A DNA stretch of 60,601 nucleotides from an uncultured Eggerthellaceae bacterium (GCA_910585565.1 CAJUFC010000156.1:1-60601); one strand, 5' to 3'. Numbered from the stretch's first letter, positions 25,840 through 35,171 are shown. Made by a program: numbers and translations. The notes: a model not told the origin generated them from the sequence alone.

Positions 25840-26103
25840 TTATTCTGCGGAAGCGCGCTCTTGCTCGGTATTCCATTCCCGGTACCGTCCTACCAGCTTT
25901 CGCGCTAGCTCCTGCTTCTTGCAGTCGGGCAACTGTTCAAAGACATTCACTTTTCCCTTCGCCTCCGAAAGAGACACCCTTTTGTCTCCTTCCGGGGTTC
26001 TTACCAGGGCAATAGGCTCGCGTTCGCCTTTCAAGTCCATTTCCACCGCCATGAGGATCCACGGGGCAGCGCTCGCGTTCCCTTCATTATTCTTACTGCT
26101 CAT
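25840..26103 (-). CDS. Hypothetical 87-aa protein
   Basis: ORF with protein-like composition, divergent from the nuclease gene. No motif recognised. Confidence 0.4.
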   Translation of the reverse strand: MSSKNNEGNASAAPWILMAVEMDLKGEREPIALVRTPEGDKRVSLSEAKGKVNVFEQLPDCKKQELARKLVGRYREWNTEQERASAE

Positions 26104-26244
26104 CTTGAGTTTCCTTTCGCGGGTGATGCGCCGCAGAGCCTATGCGAGTTTATCGTGTCTTCGAGCGGCAGCATCGAAGGTGGGGCAGTTGCAGAGCGGC
26201 TATAATCAGCGCATAGATAACTCGCGGATTCGAGGGATGCCCGA

Positions 26245-27153
26245 ATGAAGATGACGCTTATACGCCTCATCACCGTGCTGCTTCTGGCAGTGCTGCTCGC
26301 GCTGCCCGGGTGCGGCCCGGTTTACGACGCGGGCAACAACTCCCATATACAGTCCAGCGCAAGCACCGCTTCCCCTGGCGGCGAGGGCAGCGCGGAGGCG
26401 CCGGGCGGCGTCGAAGAATATCTGGTTCTCTCCGACAGGCCCGATTTCGGCGAGCTCGAAGGCTTCGCAGGTGAGCTGGAGCGATACGGAGACCTCGACG
26501 TGCTAGGGCGCTGCACCCCTGCGCTCGTCTGCCTGGGTCTGGAGACGGTGCCCACGGAGGGGCGCGGGCAGATCGGGCACGTCATGCCGACCGGCTACCA
26601 TTCCGTGCGATACGACTGCGTGCCGGGCGGCTGGCTCTACAACCGCTGCCACATGGTGGCCTTCCAGCTGGCCGGCCAGAACGACAACGTCCAGAGCCTC
26701 ATCACCGGCACGAAGCGCATGAACACGGTGATGAAGCGCTTCGAGGATGCCATCAGATCCTACATCGTGGGCACCGGCAACCATGTGATGTACCGCGTCT
26801 CGCCCGACTTCTCCGGGGACGACCTCGTGGCCCGCGGCGTGAGGCTGGAAGCGCTGTCCGTCGAGGACGGCGGTGCCGGCATCTCCTACGACGTCTACAT
26901 CCCCAACGTGCAGGACGGCATCGTCATCGACTACGTCACGGGCGAAAGTTGGCTAGAGGGCGCACAGGAGACATCACTCACAGCCAACGAATCCGAATCC
27001 GCCTACATCCTGAACACGAACACGATGCGCTTCCACGAACCCGATTGCAAAAACGCCCAAACCATCAAGGAATCCAACCGCCAAGACGTGACAGCCAAGC
27101 GCTCCGCCCTCATAGCCCAAGGCTACGAGCCCTGCGGCGCCTGCAGCCCGTAA
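26245..27153 (+). CDS. Secreted lipoprotein DNA/RNA non-specific endonuclease (Endonuclease_NS_2 / DNA-entry nuclease-like) with a C-terminal Cys4 metal-binding tail
   Basis: Lipobox LLALPGC. Core GWLYNRCHMVAFQLAGQNDNVQSLITGTKRMN. C-terminus HEPDCKNA...YEPCGAC. Confidence 0.85.
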   Translation: MKMTLIRLITVLLLAVLLALPGCGPVYDAGNNSHIQSSASTASPGGEGSAEAPGGVEEYLVLSDRPDFGELEGFAGELERYGDLDVLGRCTPALVCLGLETVPTEGRGQIGHVMPTGYHSVRYDCVPGGWLYNRCHMVAFQLAGQNDNVQSLITGTKRMNTVMKRFEDAIRSYIVGTGNHVMYRVSPDFSGDDLVARGVRLEALSVEDGGAGISYDVYIPNVQDGIVIDYVTGESWLEGAQETSLTANESESAYILNTNTMRFHEPDCKNAQTIKESNRQDVTAKRSALIAQGYEPCGACSP

Positions 27154-27187
27154 CATCGCGCCCAGTCGAAAAGCCCTTGATACAACT

Positions 27188-27214
27188 AGAGCCGAACCCA
27201 GTGGGCTCGGCTCT
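27188..27214 (+). terminator. Hairpin after the nuclease gene
   Basis: AGAGCCGAACCCA-G-TGGGCTCGGCTCT (one mismatch). Confidence 0.45.
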
Positions 27215-27234
27215 TACAAAACCTCAAAGGTTTT

Positions 27235-28569
27235 GGGTTATAGGACAGAATGTGTGTCTGCAACCATAGCCTTTTCCCAGATGGAACCACATAAATCGAG
27301 CCGATAAGTTGATTCCACCCAACTTCTCACTCGGACAGAATGTGTGTCCGCTTCCCCCTTGACACGCCTGTTCAAGGTAGCTTTTTCAAGGAATAAGTTG
27401 CCTTGAGACAGGAAGAGCGCGTGGATAATCCCATCTGCAGTGCATGCGGCTCCAAGATGAAGAGGAACGGGCATACGAGCTCTGGGGCGACGCGATGGCG
27501 ATGCAAGGCATGTGGTGCGTCGTGCACACACCGCATCGACACTGCCGCCAAGCGTCTTGCCGAGTTCCTCTCTTGGCTCATGGGGAAGAGCGCGCAGTCA
27601 GAGATGCCCGGAGAGGGTCGCACGTTCAGGAGGCGCACCTCTGAGTTCTGGGATATATGGCCTATCGCTCCCTGGACAGGCGAGGTATGCGACATCGTCT
27701 TCTTGGACGGCATCTGGATCGGGCGCGATGCCGTCGTGCTCATCGCATGCACGAGGGATCATGTGCTCGCATGGCATCTGGCGCAAAGCGAGTGCGCTGA
27801 GGCATGGGCAGCTCTCATGATGCGGATCCCTGCGCCTGCCATGGCGGTGAGCGACGGGGCACCCGGCCTCGCCAAGGCGACGCGCGCCGTGTGGCCTAAA
27901 ACGCGTATACAGCGCTGCACCTTCCATGCGTTCTGCCAGGTGAAGAGGTGCACCACGAGCCGTCCCAAGCTGGATGCAGGCGTCGAGCTCTACTCGCTTG
28001 CCAAGAGGCTTCTCAAGGCCAAGGACGCAGACGCTGCGGCAGCCTGGCTTGCCGACTATGCAAGCTGGTGTTCCAAATGGGAGCGCTTCTTGCGAGAGTT
28101 CACGCTGAAAGATGGCCGCAAGCAATACGCTCACGAGCGCTTGCGCAAAGCGCGCCATGCCCTCAATAGGCTCGTGAGGTCAGGCGAGCTGTTCACGTTC
28201 GTGGAGATGGCGCAAGAGCATGGGGGCATGTGGGACTCGACCAACAACATGATCGAGGGTGGCGTGAACGCGCGCCTGCGCGAGATGCTCAGGATGCATC
28301 GGGGGCTGTCGACCATACGCCGCATCAAGGCGATCTTCTGGTGGTGCTACATGCACACAGAGTCGCCGCTTCCTCCCGCAGAGATCCTGCGCATCATGCC
28401 CACCGATGACCAAGTGGAAGGGCTCTTCGCATCAGCTTCCAGAAAGCACGAGCGCAACGATGGAGCGCCCGCAGAATACGGATCGGGGATCATCTGGAGC
28501 GAGTTCCATATGCCTACTGAATACAGACGGTGAATAATCGGAGCAGACACACATTCTGTCCTATAACCC
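27235..28569 (+). mobile_element. IS element (IS256 superfamily, IS1249-like) with 27-bp perfect terminal inverted repeats and an 8-bp target-site duplication
   Basis: IRL GGGTTATAGGACAGAATGTGTGTCTGC (27235-27261) is the reverse complement of 28543-28569. Direct repeat AAGGTTTT at 27227-27234 and 28570-28577. Confidence 0.85.
27403..28533 (+). CDS. IS transposase (zinc-ribbon N-terminus plus DDE domain)
   Basis: CSACGSKMKRNGHTSSGATRWRCKACG zinc ribbon. The DDE region includes STNNMIEGGVNARLREMLRMHRG. The start is TTG 27403 or GTG 27421. Confidence 0.8.
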   Translation: MRQEERVDNPICSACGSKMKRNGHTSSGATRWRCKACGASCTHRIDTAAKRLAEFLSWLMGKSAQSEMPGEGRTFRRRTSEFWDIWPIAPWTGEVCDIVFLDGIWIGRDAVVLIACTRDHVLAWHLAQSECAEAWAALMMRIPAPAMAVSDGAPGLAKATRAVWPKTRIQRCTFHAFCQVKRCTTSRPKLDAGVELYSLAKRLLKAKDADAAAAWLADYASWCSKWERFLREFTLKDGRKQYAHERLRKARHALNRLVRSGELFTFVEMAQEHGGMWDSTNNMIEGGVNARLREMLRMHRGLSTIRRIKAIFWWCYMHTESPLPPAEILRIMPTDDQVEGLFASASRKHERNDGAPAEYGSGIIWSEFHMPTEYRR

Positions 28570-28656
28570 AAGGTTTTCATAGCTTCTATGAAAAAACCGG
28601 GGCAGAACCACTTTCGCAATCCTGCCCCGTAAAACCTTTCGGTTTTCAGTATGGCT

Positions 28657-29610
28657 CTAGTCTATCAGATTGAAGCCTTCCGTCAATCGTTTTACGAAGG
28701 CGAGCGCGGCCATCGTGGGGTTTTCCACGGGAAGCACAGAACCCTTCTCTATCTCTCCGAGGTATCGTTTGAGATCATCGAGCCGCCTGGTCCTCGTGCC
28801 GCCTTCGGGCACCATTGTTGAATAGAGGTACAAAAGCGATGCGATCTTCGCGGTCGGAATAGTTTGAAGCCAGCGATGGCGAAGGCGCTTCGACATTCCG
28901 ATAGTGGAAAGCGCTTTGTTGATCTCGGGCGGAGCGACCTTCTCGTCATCGGTGTGAGGAAACAGGTCGAGCAAGATGCAAGAGTTGTGGGCGCAAGCAT
29001 TCCGTAGCGATTGCACCGTCCGGAGGATGAAGTAGTCTGCGATCATCTGCTTGTCATCGGAGCATGTTCCGCAATACCTGATAAGGCCGACGATCGTTCC
29101 GAAGGGCACGACCTCAACAAACGCCGAGAGCGGCAAGTTATCCCCGTACTCTTCGAAGATGTAATCGTTAGTAGGATCGTTCTTGCTGCGCGCGATCTCG
29201 CGCTCGATGTACTTCCGCTGCCGGTCGTCCTGGCTGCTCCAGTAGTCGGCCATGACAGCATGATCGTCCGCCTCTGTAACGGCGCACTCAGTTATCAATC
29301 TTGTTTTGCAGAAATGTTCTATATCAAGGGACATAGCAAGAAGGATCTCGCGTAGACACTGGTCTATATCGGCAAGGTACTTCAACTGGCCGAAGTCGAG
29401 GTCCATGTACTTTCCCTCGTTCTCGCCTTCGGCGTGAACATCAAACAGTCTTGTGTAGGCGCACGTCTTGAAAGCCGGGCACTTCTCGGCCATGTACTCC
29501 CGAGCGTCGCTCTCAGTGCAAATATCGAAGGTGACGCCTTGCTCCTTCAGCTTTGCGATCTGCGCGTCGATGTAGGCTTCGGATTGTTGGGTTGTCTGTT
29601 CGTCTTCCAT
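28657..29610 (-). CDS. Abi_2 family (AbiD/AbiF-like) abortive-infection protein
   Basis: Starts MEDEQTTQQ. Contains LREILLAMSLDIEHFCKTRLI, VVPFGTIVGLIRY and LRNACAHNSCIL, typical of Abi_2. 5 nt downstream of the portal stop. Confidence 0.8.
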   Translation of the reverse strand: MEDEQTTQQSEAYIDAQIAKLKEQGVTFDICTESDAREYMAEKCPAFKTCAYTRLFDVHAEGENEGKYMDLDFGQLKYLADIDQCLREILLAMSLDIEHFCKTRLITECAVTEADDHAVMADYWSSQDDRQRKYIEREIARSKNDPTNDYIFEEYGDNLPLSAFVEVVPFGTIVGLIRYCGTCSDDKQMIADYFILRTVQSLRNACAHNSCILLDLFPHTDDEKVAPPEINKALSTIGMSKRLRHRWLQTIPTAKIASLLYLYSTMVPEGGTRTRRLDDLKRYLGEIEKGSVLPVENPTMAALAFVKRLTEGFNLID

Positions 29611-29615
29611 AGCGT

Positions 29616-30887
29616 CTATTCTACCTCGGTCGGTGTCGCATTCAGCTCGGCGGCTTTGGCTTTGGCAGTTGCTTCGTCCTCGCCGTACCACTTCATGCGG
29701 TACTCGTAAGGGAGCATGGTGCGCCCCAGCTCCTCCAAGTCCTGCTTCTTCTCGGTGTACACGTCGGTGATGATGCTGTCGTCGAAGGCAACGCGCACGT
29801 TCCCTTCCTTGGGCAGCTTCACTCCCAAACATCGCGCACAGTGCAGAATCGCCTTCGCGATCGTGGTCATGGATCCTTCGAGCAGGTTCTCGTGGCGACG
29901 GATGTTGCGCATCAAGGCGGCGTTGTCACTCGACACCTCGGTCACGGTCTTGATATAGCCGCGCGCGTCGAAGTCGTAGTAGGTCAGACCGAACCCGCAA
30001 AGGTCGCCCAAGGTCTGGAGCGCCACGCGGAACACCTCTGCCTGCTCCTTGGTGCGAAGCGCCGGCGCGAACTCCCGAATGACGTCCTCAGTCGAGGCCA
30101 CCTTGCGATAGATCGTGCAGTCGTTCTTGCCGAAAGGTATGGCCACGGGCTTCTTGTCTTTGCCCGCCCGCTCCACGTCGAACATGGTATCGGCCAGAAA
30201 GATGCGCATCTTCGACAGGTCCACCTCGCTCACGAGCGCGTCATAGGCCAGGTCCACCGCCTGGACGGCGTCAAGCGCATCGGCGAACACGCTCTGCCCG
30301 TAGGGGCTTCCGTCCATCCGCGTGTTGGCGACGGCTGGCTTCAATATGGCGAAGGTGGGTGTTGGGCACCGCGTCTCATAGGCATCCAGAACACCGTCCA
30401 CAGCCATGGCGTTGCCTTCGCCGTCGAAGCAGGTGGTCTTGATGACGTAGCCGGAATCGGAGAGCAGGTGCATCTGCAGCTGTGTCACGCGCTTGCCCTT
30501 CGTCACGGCCTCAGCCACGAAAGCGCATTCGGTTATCCCGTCATCGTCCCACGAAAGCGGAATGATCTGCCGCGCATCGTAGCGCCGCACCTGGATGGCC
30601 TTCTTCCCTAAGTCCACCCACACAGCCCAGGCGCCCGTGCCCAGCGCGAAGGCGCGAACCAAAGCCGCCTGCCCGTACGACAGGAAGTGCCTGCTCGCCA
30701 GGAAGCCGGACAGCCATTCGGTGCACTTCTGCTTGCCACAGTCGATGAGCGTCTTGTCGTTCAGAAGCAGCGATCCCCATTCCTCGCACATCCGCATGGC
30801 GGGATGGATCGATCTCCGGTGCACCTTGAAGCACCTGCCCGCAGCGTCGGTGTCGCTGTAGTCGTAGAAGTCACCCTCGGCTCGCAT
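29616..30887 (-). CDS. Phage portal protein
   Basis: 423 aa, downstream of the terminase large subunit, with portal-like sequence and size. Confidence 0.8.
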   Translation of the reverse strand: MRAEGDFYDYSDTDAAGRCFKVHRRSIHPAMRMCEEWGSLLLNDKTLIDCGKQKCTEWLSGFLASRHFLSYGQAALVRAFALGTGAWAVWVDLGKKAIQVRRYDARQIIPLSWDDDGITECAFVAEAVTKGKRVTQLQMHLLSDSGYVIKTTCFDGEGNAMAVDGVLDAYETRCPTPTFAILKPAVANTRMDGSPYGQSVFADALDAVQAVDLAYDALVSEVDLSKMRIFLADTMFDVERAGKDKKPVAIPFGKNDCTIYRKVASTEDVIREFAPALRTKEQAEVFRVALQTLGDLCGFGLTYYDFDARGYIKTVTEVSSDNAALMRNIRRHENLLEGSMTTIAKAILHCARCLGVKLPKEGNVRVAFDDSIITDVYTEKKQDLEELGRTMLPYEYRMKWYGEDEATAKAKAAELNATPTEVE

Positions 30888-30896
30888 CCAGTTCCA

Positions 30897-31043
30897 TCAT
30901 GTGTTGATGTGGGGCAGCATCTCGTCAGCCGCACAACCGTATCCGAGCCGGGACAGGTGAGCCTTCACAAACTCCGGTATTGCGTATTCCTCTATCACTG
31001 GGCATGTCCTCTCCAACTTCGCCCACAGCCGTTTTCTACGCAT
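30897..31043 (-). CDS. Possible small phage ORF (48 aa)
   Basis: MRRKRLWAKLERTCPVIEEYAIPEFVKAHLSRLGYGCAADEMLPHINT ends 9 nt before the portal start. Not in the supplied track because it is under 60 aa. Confidence 0.3.
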   Translation of the reverse strand: MRRKRLWAKLERTCPVIEEYAIPEFVKAHLSRLGYGCAADEMLPHINT

Positions 31044-31459
31044 CTTGCCGCCGTGTCACCGAATGGGAGCGATGTTTCATCCGCCCCGCAACCTGCGGCC
31101 ACATGCCGGCGCCGCTCCGGGGCAAGCTGCAAGTCGATCCGTGCCACCCCAGCACAGCTGCATGGTTCGCCTGGGGGTGCGTGTGCCACGCTGCCGCAAG
31201 CAGCCCTGAAAGTCCCACGATGCGGCAGCAGGGAGGGCGGGCGCCTGTTGCAGCTCTCACCCAAGGCTGCTTGCGCCAGCGCGTCACCCGCACCTGCGGC
31301 CCGGCTCTCCATGCAGCTGTGCTGGGGTGGCACCGCAAGTCGGCCATGGCGCCCCTCCGCAGCACCGTCATGCGTCCGCTGGCGGCGGGGCAGCGCCTCG
31401 CCGCACGTTCGGGCGTCAGCGCACCGGGGGCACGGCAGGAGCGGCAGCCCCAAGCGACC

Positions 31460-32783
31460 CTACCGACCGCGCAACACGTCCTCCATCATGGCGTAGCGCA
31501 CCGCGTCGATGCTGTGGTCGTTGCCGTCGGGTATCTCGTCCACCCAGTTGCCCTCGCGGTCGCGTTCGTACTCCTTCGAGGTGAACTCCTCGTAGGCGTG
31601 CGGGCACCTCACCGGGTCGATGACGATCTCGCGCAACCCGGCAAGCCACTCGTAGCTGAGACGCCTCATGCGGCCCTTCCTGGCGGGGCGGGCGCGCAGT
31701 CCGTGCTCGCGCTTGTACGTGGCCATGGCCACCTTGCCGTCTGCCGTGTCGTCGCACCAGATGACCTCGTCGTGGAAGTACGCTTCTTCGCCTTCCACGT
31801 CCGAGAACGTGAGCGCGTCTGCCACCATGGCGCCCGTGTCCTGCGGAAGCGTCTTTTTTGCCGAGAGCTCCCCGAACAGGAACAACCTTCGCTCCGAGGG
31901 CTCCCAGCCCACGCGGACGTACCTCCACGGGTCGGGGAACCATCCCCAGTCGATGCCGTTGCGCACCCAGCTCCAAGCGGGCTATCTCGTCGTCGCCTAT
32001 CCTGCGCCCGGTGACGTTTCCGAACACGGCGCCGCCCGTGCCGGTCACTTCTCCCAGGTACTCCCACCGCCACGCGAGCTCGTTGCTCTCCCGCAGGTAT
32101 TCCGCTTCCTCTATGAACGGCACTCCCAGCCACTCGGGATGCTCGTCCACCACATCCAGGTACGACGTGCGCACGACCAGCGTATCCTCGCGCTTGCGAC
32201 GCTCCCTCTCTTCGGCATTCACCCAGTTGAGCGCCAATCGCGGCGGGTTGTAGCTGTAGAAGATCCAGAAGCGCTCACCGCCGCGGCGGAGCGAGTTGAG
32301 GATGCTCCTCACCGCGTCGATGCCGTCGAACTGGTCCACCTCCTCGAACCACACGCATGCGCAGTACCCGGTGGTGAACTTGGTGCCCTTCAGCTTCAGC
32401 GGATCGTCCGCGCCACGGAACACGATGCGCTGCCCCGTGGGAAGGTACGTCAGCTCCATCGGCGACACCCTACAGCGGAAGAACCCCTCCAGCCCCAGCG
32501 CCGCCACAGCCCACACGAGCTGCTGGTACACCGAATCGCGCAGCGTGTTGCTGAAGCGACGAACCACCACGGCATTGGCGAAGGGGTTGGCGACGATGAG
32601 CAGCACCAGGCACAGGCTGATGAACGACGACTTGGTGGAACCGCGCCCGCCGTTCAGCCAGTAGTGGACGTGCCCGCCGCACATCACATCCCCCAGCACG
32701 CCGTGGAACACGCTCGCGCACAAATCGGCGACGCTCACGCCCTCGTTGCCGCCCCTGCTGCGCTTGCCATTCCTGCCACTCAT
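31460..32783 (-). pseudogene. Terminase large subunit (PBSX/Terminase_3-like), reading frame broken by a 1-nt shift
   Basis: The N-terminal frame has Walker A NGGRGSTKS and runs sensibly to ...GRRIGDDEIARLEL. The nuclease half (RNGIDWGWFPDPWRYV...HSIDAVRYAMMED) continues in another frame (31460-31966). The shift must lie within 31967-31981. Confidence 0.8.
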
Positions 32784-33064
32784 GCACTCGCTCCCGTCTC
32801 TGCCTTACCCGCACACACGCGAGGGCTCACTGACGCTATCCACATCCACACTCGATGTCGCGCTTTAGCTGCTTCTCGCGTTGCGGATGCCTCCGCATCT
32901 TTTGACACACGCGCAGCGGAAGCGAGCGCGTCTCGCGCCCTCGCAGCCTTGCGCCTTCGAGTAGCTGCTGCGGACCGTGTTGCGGAATCTGGCGAGGATG
33001 ATGCCCGCCTTGCCCCCATGGCAGTCATGCCTGTCTCTTTACATCTAGGCGAAATGGCATCCAT
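32780..33064 (-). CDS. Doubtful small basic ORF (94 aa) coupled to TerL by ATGA
   Basis: GAGGAAG RBS and an ATGA overlap with TerL. However, the sequence is Ala/Arg/Ser-rich and low-complexity, and third-position G+C looks atypically low. Confidence 0.25.
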   Translation of the reverse strand: MDAISPRCKETGMTAMGARRASSSPDSATRSAAATRRRKAARARDALASAARVSKDAEASATREAAKARHRVWMWIASVSPRVCAGKAETGASA

Positions 33065-33951
33065 AGGTGTTTCTTCCTCTTTTGGTGAAAACAACGCCCC
33101 TACGCTCGCGCTTCTTTCCAGGCGAAGCGAAACGCTGAAAATTGCGGAAGCGGAAAATGTGCTTTGTGCGCGCTCGTTCCACCCTCGTGCTCCTTCTCCT
33201 GCTATTGGCGCGGAAGCGGTCAAGCCACGGTCTTGCCCGCGCTCCGTCAGCCCCAGCGCCAGCACCGCACGCATAACGGCGAGGATGACGGGCCTGTGCC
33301 GCCGCAGGGTCTTCCTCCGCCTTCGTCAGCCCGCACAGCTGCGCCGAAAGCCCTCTGCAGCCGGCAAGCCCTCATGCGCACCCGTGCGCTCTTCCTCCGG
33401 CTCCGCCAAGGCGCATCAGGCACCTTCGGTGCCCCATGCGTCTTGGCTGCGCGGCTGCAAGCCTCATGTCTTGCAGCCATGCCGTGGTGCCCGGCAACCT
33501 CCGTCGCTGCGCTCCTACGGCTGCCCGGCACCACGGACAGCGTGCTGCGCTCCCAGCGGTATCGCGCCACGGCTCCGGTGCGCTCACGGTGCAAGCGCAC
33601 CTTCGGCTCCGCCAAGCCACGCAAGCAGCTTTCCGCTCGCCTTCGGCGGCTCCAAGCATCTTGCGCGTCTTAGCTCCGCAGGCTGCCAGCCATCCTGGCT
33701 CGCAGCCCTGTGTGTCATGCCACCCGGCGGCCTACAGCGCTTCGCGCTTCCGGCTCGCCCGGTGTCATGCCCCACGCTCCGCGCCACCTTCGGTGTCGCT
33801 CCGTTGGTCGGGCAGCCCTTCGGTCTGCCCTCCGCCCGGCAAGCCACCTCCGGCCCGCCTTCGGCGGCCCTCCGGCGTCTTGCCGGGGGCCGGCGCGCCC
33901 TACGGTCGCGCCGGCGAGCGACCTCGCCACACCAGCCCATCAGTCAAAACC
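33065..33951. other. About 0.9 kb G+C-rich non-coding spacer between TerS and TerL, packed with stable hairpins and six CCTTCGG motifs
   Basis: No protein-like ORF in any frame. Hairpins at 33452-33477, 33481-33535, 33576-33600 and 33889-33913. CCTTCGG at 33422, 33599, 33639, 33786, 33816 and 33857. Confidence 0.5.
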
Positions 33952-34398
33952 CTATCCATCCCCGCCGTCGGCCTCGCCATCAGGCAGGGAAGGCGGGGGA
34001 AGGGCATCACGGGAAACCTCGTTGTACGGCTTGAGCTCCACGCCCACGAAGAGCTGCGGCGTCTCCATCCTCTTCTCCTCGGCAGCGCGCTCGCGCCTGA
34101 CGTACTCGTCGGGGAACTTGCGCTCAAGCAGCCACGCGGCAGCCGTCCAGTTGCTCGAACGCTCGACAGCAGCCTGCTTGATCAACCCCGTCAATGCCTG
34201 CTTATAGTGGGCTTCTGCCTTTTTTAGGGCATCGCCTAATTCGCGTTCCAGTCGCGTTTTGGGCGTGTTCAGCCATCGGTAGAAGTTGGAGGGATGAATG
34301 CCCAGAACAGCGCATATGTCCTTGTCCATCATCCCTTCGCTTTTGAGGCGCGCCGCCTCGTCTATGAGTTCCAATGTGCACTTCGCTCGTCTTGCCAT
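33952..34398 (-). CDS. Terminase small subunit (HTH type)
   Basis: N-terminal HTH (DKDICAVLGIHPSNFYRWL) and the AAAWLLERKFPDEY motif common in phage small terminases. Confidence 0.7.
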   Translation of the reverse strand: MARRAKCTLELIDEAARLKSEGMMDKDICAVLGIHPSNFYRWLNTPKTRLERELGDALKKAEAHYKQALTGLIKQAAVERSSNWTAAAWLLERKFPDEYVRRERAAEEKRMETPQLFVGVELKPYNEVSRDALPPPSLPDGEADGGDG

Positions 34399-34502
34399 GC
34401 TGCGAATGGTGCCGCCACGTCACAAAACGCCCCAGAAACGAAGCAGGGCGGCCCCTGCGCCCAGGAACCGCCCCGAAGCATCAAAAAAACCGCGCATCCG
34501 CA

Positions 34503-35171
34503 TCAGAGCCCCGTACGCCGCCTGTCGCTGCCTTCAAGGATGATGGAGGCGAAGGCGCTGCGGTCCCCCAGCCGCGACAGTATCGCCTCGGCGATGGCAA
34601 CGTCGCCCTCGGCTGACAAACGCCCAGCAAGATCGCGCCCGTTATGCTGTGTCGTGTATATCGTCGATCGCTGCGCGGCATAGCGTGCGTTCAGGCAATC
34701 GAAGATGATCTCAAGCGCCCATGCGCTCGGGCGCTCTTTCCCGAAATCGTCCACAACCAGCACGTCCGCACCGGTGAATCGCGCGATAACCTCATCCTCC
34801 GACCCGCGCCCGTCATAGGCCGAACGGATCCCGCGCATCACGGCACCGAGCGTCGTGAACCGGCAGCGCCGCTTCTCGAACACCGCGTTCAGGATCGCGG
34901 CCGCCGTGTAGGTCTTCCCGACACCCACGCTCCCTCGTATCACCACACCTCGCCTGCTCCCACCTAAAAGCTCACGAACGTACTGGCGGGCTTCCTGGCG
35001 GCACTTCTCGATGTCGGCTTCCCGGAACCGCTCAGGAATGCCGATCTGCGCATAGCGCCTGCGCCTGACTTGCTCGCGCTCCACAGCTGCCGCCGCCTCC
35101 AGCTCCGCCTTGCGCTCAGGGCTTATCTTCGGAACCTCAAATCGCATCAGCAAATCGCTCAAACGCTTCAT
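34503..35171 (-). CDS. DnaC/IstB-like AAA+ replication helper
   Basis: Walker A GSVGVGKTY, Walker B LVVDDFGKE. Confidence 0.85.
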   Translation of the reverse strand: MKRLSDLLMRFEVPKISPERKAELEAAAAVEREQVRRRRYAQIGIPERFREADIEKCRQEARQYVRELLGGSRRGVVIRGSVGVGKTYTAAAILNAVFEKRRCRFTTLGAVMRGIRSAYDGRGSEDEVIARFTGADVLVVDDFGKERPSAWALEIIFDCLNARYAAQRSTIYTTQHNGRDLAGRLSAEGDVAIAEAILSRLGDRSAFASIILEGSDRRRTGL

